This document shows, in pieces, positions 12,454 to 26,103 of a stretch of DNA of 64,000 nt. The stretch spans positions 124,001-188,000 of the forward strand of contig ADNK01001197.1 in NCBI GenBank assembly GCA_000320545.1. The letters run 5' to 3'. Origin of the DNA: Bigelowiella natans CCMP2755. Lineage: Eukaryota > Protista > Cercozoa. Both the position numbers and the translations under genes were made by a program. Position 1 is the first letter of the stretch, and each line of letters opens with the position of its first letter. Below the pieces are notes generated by a model. It had not been told where the DNA came from. It saw only the letters and a list, made by a program, of their open reading frames with translations, and did not search any database.

Positions 12454-13500
12454 GCAAGTGTTACTTTCAACAATCCCCAGAACAATAGTAATATATGACA
12501 TTATTGTGCGTATTCGGCTGCTGTATCATCACCAATGGGCTTGATGATCACCTCATTAATGATACTAACCCATTCCTACCTGGCTATACACACGTCCCAA
12601 ACACGTCCGGGTACGGCAAGAGAAGACCTTTGAACGCACATAAGCAAGTAAGCAACACATACAACTGTAAATAAAAGCTAGTGTTCAGATACGAGTTTTT
12701 GATGAATACTAATCAAATCCAACGAATGATGCCGAACCAAAGTGCTCCGATTGATATACAAACTGAACCAGCGACGAGCGGGGGCCTCCTGCCATACCTA
12801 CAATGTAAATATAGATATAAGTATAAGTATACTTTAAGATATCAGGCACCTCATTGTCCCCCCCTCCTCTTACTCACCAATCGCATAATGGCGCAGCTAT
12901 TAAGGCCCCTAATACAGCTGCTGGAGCTGCGGCCTCCTTGAAGAAGCCAAAACCAAAAGAACTTCGTAAATCATCTCCAGGGAACAAGGCATCGTTGCCT
13001 GCTTCCAGACTGCATAGCATGTAACAGTGTAAAAGCCACCATATCAGACATCCATCCTTTAATGATGATGTGCTTCAAAAACTCACCTTGACAGGGAGAG
13101 AGGAATTATCTCCATTGCGAATGCAATGCAAAACCAGCCAAGCGCTGCCCGCAATGCAGCACAAAGCACCCGGAGGTGAGAACGCCCCTATCGAGCAAAC
13201 GGTGCTCAGACAAAGAGAATTTATCAAAGCTACGAATGATACCTTTTGGATTCGCCGAAGAAGAGGCTTTAATTCCGTAGTCTCAGGTCTTATTGTTCGC
13301 CTCCTGTCGCGTCTATCGTGCTTGGAGTTGCTGACGGCAGCTAAACGTGGAGCTTCAATCGTGTGTACTTCTATCACTCGCTTCATCGGAGTAGAAGACG
13401 TGCAAACCATATTCGGTGTAAAATGTGTGTGCCTGTGAAGGAAGAGCTAATCATTTTGATGACGGGAAATGTTCGTTGTATGATCATCATCTTCATATAT

Positions 13501-13551
<51 letters not shown>

Positions 13552-13960
13552 GTAACTCGCATCCAAGCTGATGATGCATCACTAATGAGTTATAAATGCA
13601 AATGCTCATTTTCTTGTTGCCCTAGATGTAACTGGCATTATTTTCCTAAAGAATATGTGATCATACTTTTTATCCGCCTTAGATTGCTTGGTCTTAAACT
13701 TTAGTTTGCGTGGTGTGCTTTCCTCCCCAGCAGATTCAATGAGTGCTAGAGTCATTAACCCAGTAGTTTCATCGATCTTGTCGGCTTGACGAGATTTTAA
13801 TGGCTCGGGATCTCTAGTGACTTCTTTCAGCACGTCCGTAAGACGGATCTTGGTTTTAATTTTGTGCGATGGGGATACGGGCGTTCGGCGGCTGGAGTTC
13901 TCATGATGATGGAAGGTTCTACCAGTCGCTTTTTGAGGGGGAGTTTGGATTTCCATCATC
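10000..13960 (-). CDS. MFS sugar-porter family transporter, many exons; ends and exact structure unresolved, possibly degenerate
   Basis: Family motifs occur in the expected order on the minus strand: AVLGALIAAPLCDW|YGRR (about 12760-12910), GRIIIGAGSGLLSVAVPVYVSEISRPDHRGK (about 12325-12420), WRVMSGIL (about 11900), LLPESPRWL (about 11510-11540), FLDTPGKRK (about 10410-10440) and SLGPMVWIYLPEMLPYNLR (about 10028-10085). Confidence 0.8.
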
Positions 13961-14996
13961 GAGAGGGTGACCTCCTAAAGCAGAGGATAGATATTGCTGC
14001 CTTCTTCTAGCTCGTGCAGCACCGAGCGGAGAACAATCGACAACTCGGAGCAGGGGAGGGTCGTTGACGATGAGGAGCACAAAGTGACTGTTAGCTAATG
14101 ATATTTAAGATTTTTTGGTTATTCTATAGGGATTTCCGATATTAAAATAACTGCCATTTTATATCTACGACATTAATTTTTAACCTACTAACTAACTTAT
14201 AATGAATAAGCAGAGCTCCAACGGAACGTGGAAATTCGGAAGAATACCCTGAACGTGGTCGTCGTGTTCACGACAACGAACGAACGATGGCCGACAGACG
14301 GGGAAGGAGGCGGATGATCATGATGATGATGATGGCAACCCGCTCTTGAAGCGTTGGTCGAAATAGACAAAGTATCACCACCTAACGCCTGGGCATCAGA
14401 GCGTTCGTTGTCCATGGATCAAAATAATCCAAGACGAAAGCAACACCTCCACCGTTTGATGCGAGTCACGGTGCTATGCTGCACGCTCGTCACGTTTTGT
14501 AAACGTACATCTATTCCTCAGCATTCTGGGTAACTACGACTACTGATACACAATCTCAAGAAACCATGAGTGAGTGAGCTTACTACCAAGCAATTTTTTT
14601 TAGATCGACGAGAACCACATCCCGAGGCTGCAGCCGCTGCCGTGTCGAAATTGTAAATAGAATTCGCGGGGGGTGGGATGCTACTCCATATGGCCGGGGT
14701 GTATACCTCCACAATAACCCGCTACTGAACCACTCTGATTCAGAGCCTTTGGAACCACGAGAATACGGTTCTTAGCCTATGGTCCATAACGCCCTATGTT
14801 TGTGTATGCTCTGTGTACGGGTTTGTGTGAGGTGGCGAGATGCATGAACGTGTGTGTTAATTTGTGACAATCTAATTTCCAGTTAACGGGCGTCCAGTCT
14901 TCGATGATGATACTGACCAAAACGAGCCTGCTTCCCAGGAAGACAATCTGTACTTAAACACAAGCTAATACCGTACTCCTCCTCCTCCTCCTCCTC

Positions 14997-15034
<38 letters not shown>

Positions 15035-17215
15035 GCTATGCCCTCCCACTATCGTTGTCGATTTTTCCGTCATCCCTCACTACTACCACCACCAACTACA
15101 GCAAACTGCCTCCCTGCCTAGCTACTAGAGCTACTGCTGCTGCCGACATGGCATTATCGATAACACTGACAGAATACTCATACAACATCTATCACCAATA
15201 TGCTAGATCTGAAATCTCGACACTGACGAACAGCTCGCGCGACTGGGATCCTGATGCTCGGTAGAATCAAGTGGTCGTGCAAAGATATGGGGTGGTAGGA
15301 AGTAGTGGTAGTGGGAGGAGGAGTAATCCACATGCTAGCTATTTGTAGATAACAACCGTGGTACAATTTTGCCTACTACTAGCCGAAAACGACTGTGTTC
15401 GATAATTGACTTATTATTTCAGTGGACCTCCAATAAAAACACCAAACATGGAGTTACAGCACCACCTTGAGTCATGGGTATTGCAATTTCAGTCACACAA
15501 TCGTGTGGAATAGTGTAAGCGAATGTGTATATCGATGATGCTTTGGTGCTCACCACCACCACCACCACCAGGTTCAACAACTTGAAGCTATCAACGCTAC
15601 GAGAGACGATATGACCTTCTACAACTCTACCCGTTGGGTAATGACGATGATGATGATGATGATGATGATGATGATATACGACTAGCAGTGGACGATGAGT
15701 GAATGATAACACGGCACCATGTTCTATCAGCTGCTCGTACTTCAATTTGCCATTGCTTAATGGTTGTGTTGCTTAATGGCTGTGCTGATCAGGATCTGTG
15801 CTGGAAGTTCGTCAACTCAATAGCGCCAGAGGTGAAGATGATGATTATCATGCTCATTACACCAACACTTCCTCGCCATTATCGATGTTGCAGGACATCG
15901 AAAAGAAGGTGGATATGGAGGAAATGACAGAGATGTACGTTTTATCGATTTTGATCTTGAACCAAAGCGCACTATTTACACTATCGCTGTTTGGCACAAT
16001 TTCAAGGGTATGCAAGAGTAATGCAAAGGTGGATTATTTGTTGAAGAGCATTAGGCGATGTGCCACGTAATAATCTACAGTATACTATTACAATATAGTG
16101 TTACTACTATTGGACTACTGAATCTCAAACGACAAATCCATCAGAGGTCGGGGTGTGAAACAGCTTATCGACACGCACTTCAACTATGCAGGATTTGAAT
16201 TCTGGTAGTAAAGATTTGGTGCAATGAGCCTCTTCGTTGCCATAGCTTGTAACTTAATTGAGTCTGTTTCCATTTTTTGTCCAGGGAACATGTGGTGAAA
16301 AGCGGAGATTTCAAACCATCAACGAGCCGTGATGCTAGGTCTTCATTTCCAAACATCTTCGCTAATGACTCGTTGGCTCCTCCAGGATACTGTTTTTGTT
16401 TCTCCCCGTAGTCTTTATTCGTGGCGCTTGAGCATCATTTTGCTGCTACGCATCGGAGCTGCCTTGATAATTTTTGCCAGGAATGTATTCATTTTTGGCC
16501 GTCCTATCGATGCTCATTAGCAATTCGTGACTACAGACTGTGTTTTAAAAAATGTGCCTCCTCACGGTAGTCGTGTCTTTGTTCTTCTAGGTATGAAATG
16601 CACTTTGCATATCACAAGGTAGCAGTCGAAAATCGGTGCTAATTGCTAATATTGCATCATCTTAAATCAAATTCTATACACCTTGTAAGTTATCAGTAAG
16701 CATGATCATCCGTTTTGTTTTTTTCCCGTTTTTTCGGGTTGTAAGCTGCTACTTTCTGGCGTTATTATCGTGCACAGGGAAGGTGGAGGTTTCCAAGCAT
16801 TTCAGACCGCATGAAGGAGGGGTAATAATATAGTTTGAACGGGACTAAAGAGTCGCTGTGCTATAAGTTTCCTAGTGACTATGTGATATCTGGTTACATC
16901 CATTCAATCGTCCATTTATCAGATGGCTAAAGCCTAATGGAGAAGTCATGTTCAAACCTGGACATATTCTATACTCTACCAGAGAAAATGGATTAGGCGA
17001 CCCCGTCAGTAAGCAGTAAATTCTTATAGCCATCTTCTCGTCACATAATGTCGATCAGCCCTTAGTTTGGGGGGATTTGGCATATAACAGGTGTCTATTG
17101 ATTCCGATTACGAAATGTATCCAAAGCCAAAGCATGTTCCACAGGAACTATGGGACAAACACAAACATAGGTAAATAGTCATTTCTGCTGGCACACGCAC
17201 TACAGGCAGACAAAG

Positions 17216-17261
<46 letters not shown>

Positions 17262-17639
17262 CATGTGCTAGAAAGTAGACCCCTTGAAATTCATAAATGT
17301 TTGTAAAACATGTTTATTGATCAGGTTGGAGGACTCAGGTAGGACTAACAACACAGCTAAATCTAACAAACAAAAATTACGTTCAAAATTGAGGTTATAA
17401 ATGTTTTTGTTTTAAAGGTCCCGAACATTTTCCCCCATCGCCTAGTTATTCGTCGGCTGATTGCAGTGACATGGATGTCCCGAATTACTACACCTTGTAG
17501 TGAGGCTTCATGCTGTGTTGTACATATGCAAGTTGCTGTCGCTATTAATCCCCAGCCAATCCATGCATCAGCCTCATTGCTATCGTCAAAAACGTCCACT
17601 TAGCTTGCATTGTCGTCTGCAGTACTCTATGTGGTGTGT

Positions 17640-18250
17640 AGCTAGAGCCCACTAATGTGGTTCGATTCGGTCGATGTTAACGTTAGCAACAGCTAGCAGA
17701 CAGTTTCAATTGCACGCTGCGATCTTAGTTACTTACGCTAGCTAGCTAGCTAGTATGCATGCAGAGCGTAGCATGTGCAATATAAGAGACGCGATCGCAA
17801 TCTTGCATTTGTCGTATTTGCCACGGGACTCTCTAACTTTCCAAGCTGATAAGCTCATTTACCACGTGTAAACCACTAGTAGACTAGAATGTCATTTGAG
17901 TTTTATTGGCGCGAAAGCTATATAAAAGCCATGCTAGCATGCAAACTTAAGTTAGAAATCTAATCTAACTAGCATTGCGGCCGACGAATCTAGTCATCGA
18001 CAGTAGCAAAGCGACCAATCTAGCAAAGCAGCAAATCACGTTGCTTCTAGGTTATTAGTGCATCATCATCATATCTAGACATACCATAGTGTGCATGTTG
18101 CTGCACACTATCACAATGTTCCGCCTTGATTCCAACGACAGCCATGCATCCTTTGAAGCGATGTGATGATACAGCACAACCAGCGCAGTACGTACTATGT
18201 ATATATGCGCGACAGCGACGCACACAATTGTGCAATACATTTTCCAGTAC
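17640..18250. other. CTAG/CATG-rich island
   Basis: gctagctagctagtatgcatgc, atgctagcatgc and tctagac motifs, starting about 110 nt beyond the stop codon at 18360. Confidence 0.7.
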
Positions 18251-18359
18251 ATCTCGTCTCAGTTGCAATTGTTGTTTTCAAGGTAAAACAATGGTAATAA
18301 CAACAACTATCTTTAAGTTTCTTTGCTGCATCAAGAAACGTGACTATCCCAACTCTTTC

Positions 18360-21300
18360 TCATTTTATCTTTCCTCCTGTCTTCTTCCCTGCTTTTAGGC
18401 GTGCGGCGAGATCATCTTCTTGCTCCTTTTTACCCTGAATGCGATTCAAACATCATTATCTGAGCCTGTTTATCTATACTTTGGATATAATTCAAACAAC
18501 ACCACCTGCAATACTCTAGCTTTGATCCGTTCTCTAGCTTGTTGTAGCTTTTTCTTGAATCGAATTTGAAGCCTCACTATGCACCTAATTGTGTTCAGTG
18601 AAATTGTCCGCTTCTTCCCTGCTTTTAGGCGTGCGGCGAGATCATCTTCTTGCTCCTTTTTACCCTGAATGCGATTCAAACATCATTATCTGAGCCTGTT
18701 TATCTATACTTTGGATATAATTCAAACAACACCACCTGCAATACTCTAGCTTTGATCCGTTCTCTAGCTTGTTGTAGCTTTTTCTTGAATCGAATTTGAA
18801 GCCTCACTATGCACCTAATTGTGTTCAGTGAAATTGTCCGCTTCTTCCCTGCTTTTAGGCGTGCGGCGAGATCATCTTCTTGCTCCTTTTTACCCTGAAT
18901 GCGATTCAAACATCATTATCTGAGCCTGTTTATCTATACTTTGGATATAATTCAAACAACACCACCTGCAATACTCTAGCTTTGATCCGTTCTCTAGCTT
19001 GTTGTAGCTTTTTCTTGAATCGAATTTGAAGCCTCACTATGCACCTAATTGTGTTCAGTGAAACTACGGGTCTCTCTCTCTTTGCTGGAGCGGTCTCATC
19101 CCCAGGCATATGGATTCCTTCCGCTTTGTCACCTACACGTACCAGCCTATCTTGTCCATTTAAGGCGTCGAATTTAGCATGATCTACAGTACTAGCCTTT
19201 TTCTGGAAGGGATCGTCATTTTCTTGCTCCTTTCTTGTTTCCATGGACATCTTGATCATATCCGTTTTTTGGTCGTCACGAGCATCTTCATTGGCCATCT
19301 CCTCTGGTTTGCTCTCCCCATCGGCGACAGCGTCAGTATCTATCTCTTGTCTTGTGTTGAAATCATTGAAAGAGGCCTTGCGAGCGACGTTTGAATTCAT
19401 GCTGCCAAAGGATGTGGGAGAAGGACTGGAGAAATCACACGCACGACGATCTGCAGCCTCGTGCCATTTTTCTACACCCAGAAATCCATAGTGCTCTATA
19501 AATTCTGGCAATGAATATTTGTGCCCATCTTCGCCAATTCGCAGCTCCATGCGCCTATCTAAAGGGCCAGCTTCGATCCAAGGTTTAGCACTACCGTAGA
19601 ACTTAATGAAATCAAAAAGAGTGTACATGTTGTTGTCGCCATCCATACGCTTCTCTTTGCGGGAGAGTTCTGAGGGCATCATGCCTTTTCTCTTTGCTTC
19701 CACTTCAATCTTGAGCCTGGTTGGCACTGCCTCCGCATCACCCTGTTTACTAGCGTTCTTGCCCTCCGTACCTTGGGATGCTGTCTTCTTCAACCTTGGA
19801 GAAGAGCTATGGCCCTTTTGTTGAAGCTTTTTGTTACGTTCGTCATCATCTTGACTTGCCTCAGCAGCTATTTTCTCGTCACCTTCCTCCTCCCCCACTT
19901 CATCTATTGAATGCAGTTCATCGGTGGCAGTGGGCCTGATCACAGAGATAGTATTTGAGGCGACGCTAATGGCGCTAGTAAATTCAGAGGGGTGCCGATC
20001 CGCCGCAAGATGCCATTTCTCAATCGCCTCTACTGTTCCATAGTGCTCAATAAATTCTTCTACTGTGTAAGAGTGACCATCTTCCGCAAATCGCATTTCC
20101 AGTTGCATTTCCGGTGGCCCCGCTGCTATCCATTGCCGTACTTGCCCGTAAAATTGGTAGAACTCTTCTAGACTGTACAAATTCCCATCTTGGTCTTTTC
20201 GCTTCTCTTCGCGAGAAAGTTCTGAGGACAGTTTCCCCATAGCCTTGGCCTCTTCCTCCTTCTTGATCCTGATGATCTCAGCTTGATCTTCTGCTTTTTT
20301 TTGTGAAGCTTCAGCCTTGTGAGCAGCAGCTTCAGCTCCTGACTTTGCGTTGGCTTCTACATCAATTTTAGCTCTTGCCTTTTCCTCATCGTTCGCCTGT
20401 GCTTTTACTGCAGCTGCAGCTTCTGGCTTACCTTCAGTTTCTGTGGTGAAAGTTTCAGTTTGAACCCCGCTCATCTGGGCCGTGACAGCATCCTTCCCCT
20501 CCTTATTAGCAGTCGCGGTTGCGTCAATTTTAGCCTTCACTGCCTTGGCTTCAGCGTCAAGTTGCGCCATTTTCTCTTTTGCTTCTCCATTTACTGTCTC
20601 CTTGTCCTTGATTGCTTTCTTTAGAGCCTCTTCAACCTGTATCCTGCTTCTTCGCGCACGAGCGACCTCATCAGCCTCCTTTTCCTTGTTCAGGGAGGAC
20701 TCTGCTGCTGCTGTCTCGCTAGAGGCTGCACTTGTGAATTCCGAAGAACGGCGGTCAGCAGCCTCGTGCCACAACTCTACACCCTGTACCATATCATGCT
20801 GCACGAATTCTTCAAGCGAATACATGTGTCCGTCGTCTGCTAGCCGCATCTCAAGTCTCTTTTCAGCGGGTCCAGCTACAATCCACTGGTCCACGCCGCC
20901 ATAGAACTCGAAAAACTCGTTTAGTGTATAGTGCTGCCCGTTAGAGTCGCGTCGTCTCTCTGCGCGTGAAATCTCCGAAGGCAATCTACCGAGTGAGAAT
21001 GCAGTGTACTGCATAGTTTTCAGGCGAATGCTTTCAATCTCTGCCAAGCGTTTTTCCAGCTGTTTTAATGCACGAGTTTCTTTCTGTTTCTCCTCCTCGA
21101 GCTGGGTCTTCTTTTCATCTACCTTCACTCTTCTCATGGACTTTGTTTCGACTCCCCCTGAAGTAGCAGCACTTTCTTTACTTACGATACCATTATCATC
21201 ATCATCATCTTTGCCTTGAACGTTCACTGTACCACTCACTGTTTCAAGATTATTCTGCTGCGTCGCCTTTGCTGCCAATGCAGATGCTGCTTCTATTTTG

Positions 21301-22625
21301 CTGCTTCCACCTTCAAAGTTGCCTTGTTGTTGTTGTTGTTGTTGCATTTTTGCTTCCTTTCTTTCTCTTTCCGTATTCTTTCCTTGAGAAGAAGAATCCG
21401 CCCCTGATGCCACATTATATCCTGCTGCTACTTCACCTCCTACTTTCTTCTCCAACCGTTGTTTTTCCTCTTGTATATTTACAATTCTCTTCTCCTCAGT
21501 TTCAACACTTAATTCCTTTGGCGCTGCGAAATCTGTCAATTTTTCTCCCTTCGTTTCAACATTGGATTTTGTATCATTTAATGTAGCATCTATCTCTTCC
21601 TTCGTTCCATCCGTTGGGTTCTGCTTCATATCTTTTCCAGTGTCTGATACGAGCTTGACTGTATGCTTCTTCTCAGCCGCAACTGCTGTTGCATCCACTG
21701 TGGCGTCAGTGACCTCATTATTGGTTAGAGACTCTTTTGCATCGACATTGACTTTACCATTTTCCTGGTCTCTATCTAGCTTGATTTTATCTTGGTCTTT
21801 GGTATTATCCTCTGCCTGAAGCCTGTTGTCGTCCTTCTCTGGAGAATTAGTTTGTTCTCTTTCCAATACATGCCCTGCTTTAGCTTGGTTTGTCATCAGC
21901 GACGATTCAATGTCTTCTTCGCCCTGTTTTGCATCCGCCGCCTCAGCTTTACCTTTCGTTCCTGAACCCCCTTTCGCATTTCCCACAGCTTCTGCTTTCG
22001 CTGTTGCTGCTTTCTTCGTATTTGCATCTGACTCATCATCATCTACCTTAGTTACTACTCCAGGCTGCTGCTGGTTTTTATTTGCCGCATCATCATTCTG
22101 TGCTACATCTGCTGCTACCACTGCTGCCGTCACCTCAGTTTCTTCCTTGGACTGATACTTTGCTGCTTTGACATTCTTTGTGTCGGCCTCATCTTTCAAT
22201 TTCTGCTCGGCTGCAGCCTTCGCTGATGCTCTAGCTCGAGCTTCTTCCCTCTCCCGTGTTTCCTCCTCCGCCTTAGCCTTTGCTTCTTCCTTCTGCTTTG
22301 CCTCCTCAGCCTTAGCCCTTGCTGCTTCCTTCTTCTTTGCTTTCTCGGCCTTAGCCCTTGCTGCTTGCTTCTTCTTTGCTTTCTCGGCCTTAGCCCTTGC
22401 TTCTTCTTCCTTCTTTGCCTCCTCAGCCTTAGCCCTTGCTTCTTCCTTCTGCATTGCCTCCTCGGCCTTAGCCCTTGCTTCTTCTTTCTGCTTTGCCTCC
22501 TCAGCCTTAGCCCTTGCTTCTTCTTTCTTCTTTGCCTCCTCGGCCTTAGCCCTTGCTTCTTCCTTCTTCTTCTTTGCCTCTACAGCTGCGACTTCAGCTT
22601 CTAGCCTCGCTCTTTCTTCGGCCTG
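18360..22625 (-). CDS. 3' part of a large protein: charged helical repeats, six DGxxY(T/S)xxEFxxxYG..W modules, and three IQ-like C-terminal repeats. Further probable upstream exons extend to roughly 23-27.6 kb (not assembled).
   Basis: Long exon 18966-22625 (contains the 1174-aa ORF) with acceptor ttcacag at about 22626. Three 71-nt GT-AG introns (18895-18965, 18665-18735, 18435-18505) keep the frame, and the protein ends ...ARLKAGKKTGGKIK* at 18360-18362. Confidence 0.8.
18381..19063. repeat. 230-bp tandem repeat, about 3 identical copies (159-nt exon + 71-nt intron unit)
   Basis: cttcttccctgcttttaggc recurs at 18381, 18611 and 18841; identity continues to 19063. Confidence 0.97.
22270..22580 (-). 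repeat. 39-bp coding tandem repeat (EEARAKAEEAK[K/Q]K), about 8 copies
   Basis: Unit gcctcctcagccttagcccttgcttcttccttctgc is repeated in frame. Confidence 0.9.
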
Positions 22626-22935
22626 TGAAGAAAATATGTTTGTTAGTCTGGTACATTAGGAGGAGGGCCCCAATAAGCTTCTAAGTGGCCAGCAATGAAT
22701 GTATGGTATTACTTGTGAGAAATTCTGATTCTCATTCGCAACATAAAGATTAAGTATTACAGAACTTTTAACGTTAAAGAAGAAGCAGTACTAGTTCCTA
22801 CACATGGACACACCTCGGCTTTCGCCTTCGCTTCTGCTCGTGCCTTTCTCTCCAATTCAGCTTTTTTCTTAGCAGCTTCTATCCTCTTCATACGCTTCTC
22901 GTGCTTCAACTGAGGAGAGATGAAAATATGATTAG

Positions 22936-22979
<44 letters not shown>

Positions 22980-23777
22980 TTATCGAGAGATAGATAGAGA
23001 GATAACGCAATTTACTTGTTCACGAATTTTTGATCGCTGGCATCAATTTTAAATTTACAAGAACTCCATTTCGAAACCAAGTCTTTCCTTCACACTAATT
23101 CATAAACTCTCATACCCTTGCCCGCTCATTCTTCTTTCTTTTCTGTTCTGCAGCTTTGCGCTCCTCCTCTTCAATCCTTAACCTTTTCCTCTGCGAATCC
23201 ACCAACAAGAATACAAATTATAATTCATTTAAATGAGCGTTCTGGGTGTATTATAAGGTTGTTGTGTGTATTCTTCTAACTTCCTCTTCCTCCCGCTTGA
23301 GTTTCTCCTCCAGGGCCTATTCATAGTTGTATCAGGAGTTTTAAAAGAACGTGCGATGCATATTCGTATATGTATTATTTCATATATCTACCTTTTTCTC
23401 CGCTTCTTTTCGCTTTTGTTCCTCCTCCCGCCTCCTCTCCCTCTGATATATTTACATGATTTTGTTTCAAACAAAAGAAAATAAATGTGAGCAATGATAA
23501 TGTATGCGGGCGTACATGAACATATATATTACTATCACAAACAACCTCTGCTCGAGTCTTTTCCATATGATTTACTTGCTGTGTATTACATATATGGAGA
23601 GACAAAACAGCTCAGATTTAAAATCCAACAAAATGGTTTTTAATGGGGTAACCTGCTCGAAAGCATGAAGATCAAATGCCAATTTGAGAGCATTTCTACG
23701 AGATTCCAGAACGGTAATTTCGTCATTTAATCTCCTGATTTCCCTCTTGTCCGAATTAGAGAGAATCTGACAAAGAC

Positions 23778-23812
<35 letters not shown>

Positions 23813-25420
23813 AGATCACCGTGATTGATTAAAACCAGAAACAAAATAATCAAGAAAATTACAAACCTTTGGCACTTTTGGACGAGCTGTAGACTGCTGC
23901 TAATATTATTGCAAAAAAAATGTTCATTCATGTATATCATGAGATGAGACAGTATAATCTCATGGCGTACATCAACAAGTTAGTCATCATCATCATCTTT
24001 GTTTTATAGAACTGCTATTGGGCATTTTGTTGATTCAAAGTGCGTTCCTACCTTCTCAGACTTTGTAGCAGTAGGAGTAATACCTTCAATATTAAATATC
24101 TAATGAGGTGCGAGCACTCATGATATTGAATGAATCAAATACTGTGATAATGTGCGATTATTATGGCAAGCCTTAAACCTCCATTTTTTTTACAATATAC
24201 GACGTAGGTAGTAGATATAAAAGAACCTGAAGGGGAGAGAAGCTTTCCATCCAATACCCCGCCTTTAATATCGACGACAAGTTAGAAGCAGAAAGAAAAT
24301 ACAAGAAATAAAATTCTTCAAAATGTCTTTTTATCTCTTGTTAACGAAGGTGATAAACCTAAATCCGCTATCGCTTTGAGCATCCGTCTTGCCCTGTCCC
24401 GTTTTGACGCTGAGAGACGTTCTTTCAGTTTTTTATCCTTCTTGAGCGCGGATAGCTTTTCGTCTGAGGCAATTCTAGTAGAAAGGAGGAGGGAGGAGAT
24501 AAAAGCAACGAAAAACTAACGTGGGCGCTATTAATAAGGCCTGCAAGGCGCTTCTATCGATGGAAAGAGAGGGAGAAAGAGAGAGAGAGGGGGGGGAGGG
24601 GGGAAGAGTGGAGTGGATACTACTACTTGCGCATTCGATGTACCTCGACTGCTCATGGCTTCGCCGAAGATGAATACTCTCTGCTTTCAAGTTACAAAAT
24701 TCCTTGAGTAAAGCGGTGCGAGATCCACCTTTAAAACGCTACGGGTGGTTATATGAGAAACAAGCACATATAAGTTACAAGTAGTCAGTTGTACATTTTC
24801 CCTCCCTCCGAAATAATGCAAGGTTCCTTCTTCTTTTATTTTGTTCCACGTGCATGTTAAAACGTACCAATTCAGCCTGAATGCTAGCTCGAACTCTCTC
24901 GATTTCTTTTAATAGTAGTAGTAGTAGTAGTAGTAGTAGCAGTTGTTGTTGTTGTAAGTACAGTGTGTCATAGATAATGGGACTGCTGTCAACTTATTAT
25001 TCGAGGTCAGAAAATGAGGAGAGATAATCGTGAGAAGCGACATTTATACTTACATAAACACATACATGCACGCATCCAGGCCTGCACACCCACATATTCA
25101 ATACCCCGACGCACCACGCCTGTGCGCATGCATGTATGTGTGTCATCATCATCATAATCATCATCACTCATTACCCCGACGCATTTCAATTTCTTTCCTG
25201 AGCATCTTCTTACGGAGCTTCGCTTCCTCCGTACCTTGTTGTCTCTAGAGAGGGAGGAACGAAACATAACATCACAGAGGAGGAGGAGGAGGAGGAGGAC
25301 AAAGGGAAGTAATATATTCAACATAAGTGTTGTTGTTGTTGTTGTTGTTGCTGCTGCTGCTGCTGAAATCAAGGAGGAACAAATCAGGTAGATTAGTGAT
25401 CGATTGAGGACAAACTTGAC

Positions 25421-25520
25421 TAATATTATCACTATTATCCGTGCACCTCAACATCAGCAAGAAGTTTTTACTATTATTATCACTATTATCCGTGCACCTC
25501 AACATCAGCAAGAAGTTTTT
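25421..25520. repeat. Tandem duplication, period 54 bp
   Basis: attatcactattatccgtgcacctcaacatcagcaagaagtttt occurs twice, 54 nt apart. Confidence 0.9.
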
Positions 25521-26063
25521 CTCTGGTGAAAATAGCTTGCGCTCTTTCCACTTGCAGCTCCTTTGAATAGAAGAAGAAGAAGAGGTTGTTGCTATTTTGC
25601 GGTTCTAAACTTCCTTCCAAGAGTAGCAACGACAACAGCACGCATTATTACTGATACAAGTACTACTTCTACCTGGGCCCTCCTATCCATCTCTTGCCTC
25701 TGAACAGCTAGGCCTGCTTCGACGATCTTTGCTCCATCTAAATGTATTCAACAAACGAGTGATAAAGAATAAGATAATACGAAAACCTGCTATGCTGATG
25801 CTGCGGCAAATGCATACATATTTATACATATTACCTGGGGTACATGCTAGATTGTCGCGCACAAATCGGTGCAATCTTTTTAAATCCTTCCGACAATCCC
25901 TGCAAGTAAACAAAGAAAAAATATCAAGCAACATTCCTTCTTTACCTCTCACATTTTCTTCTCTCTTCTTTTTTGAGAATGTTATACATGCATCTATACA
26001 TCTCCTCCTCCGCCCCAACTCTCACACTGTGTAAATGCATCTATATGTTGCCTCCCCTTGGCA

Positions 26064-26103
<40 letters not shown>

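Noticed and set aside
14200-17600. Probable multi-exon gene(s); exon-like pieces with GT-AG flanks on the plus strand at 15570-16010
   Set aside because: I could not join frames consistently, fix the strand for the whole region or recognise a family, so it is not reported as a feature.
17655-17675. B-box-like GGTTCGATTC (also GGTTCAATCC at about 32026)
   Set aside because: Flanks do not form a T stem or acceptor stem and A-box spacing is wrong, so these are not tRNAs.
18381-19063. Possible CRISPR-like array
   Set aside because: Contiguous identical 230-bp units without unique spacers, in a eukaryotic gene with no cas genes.
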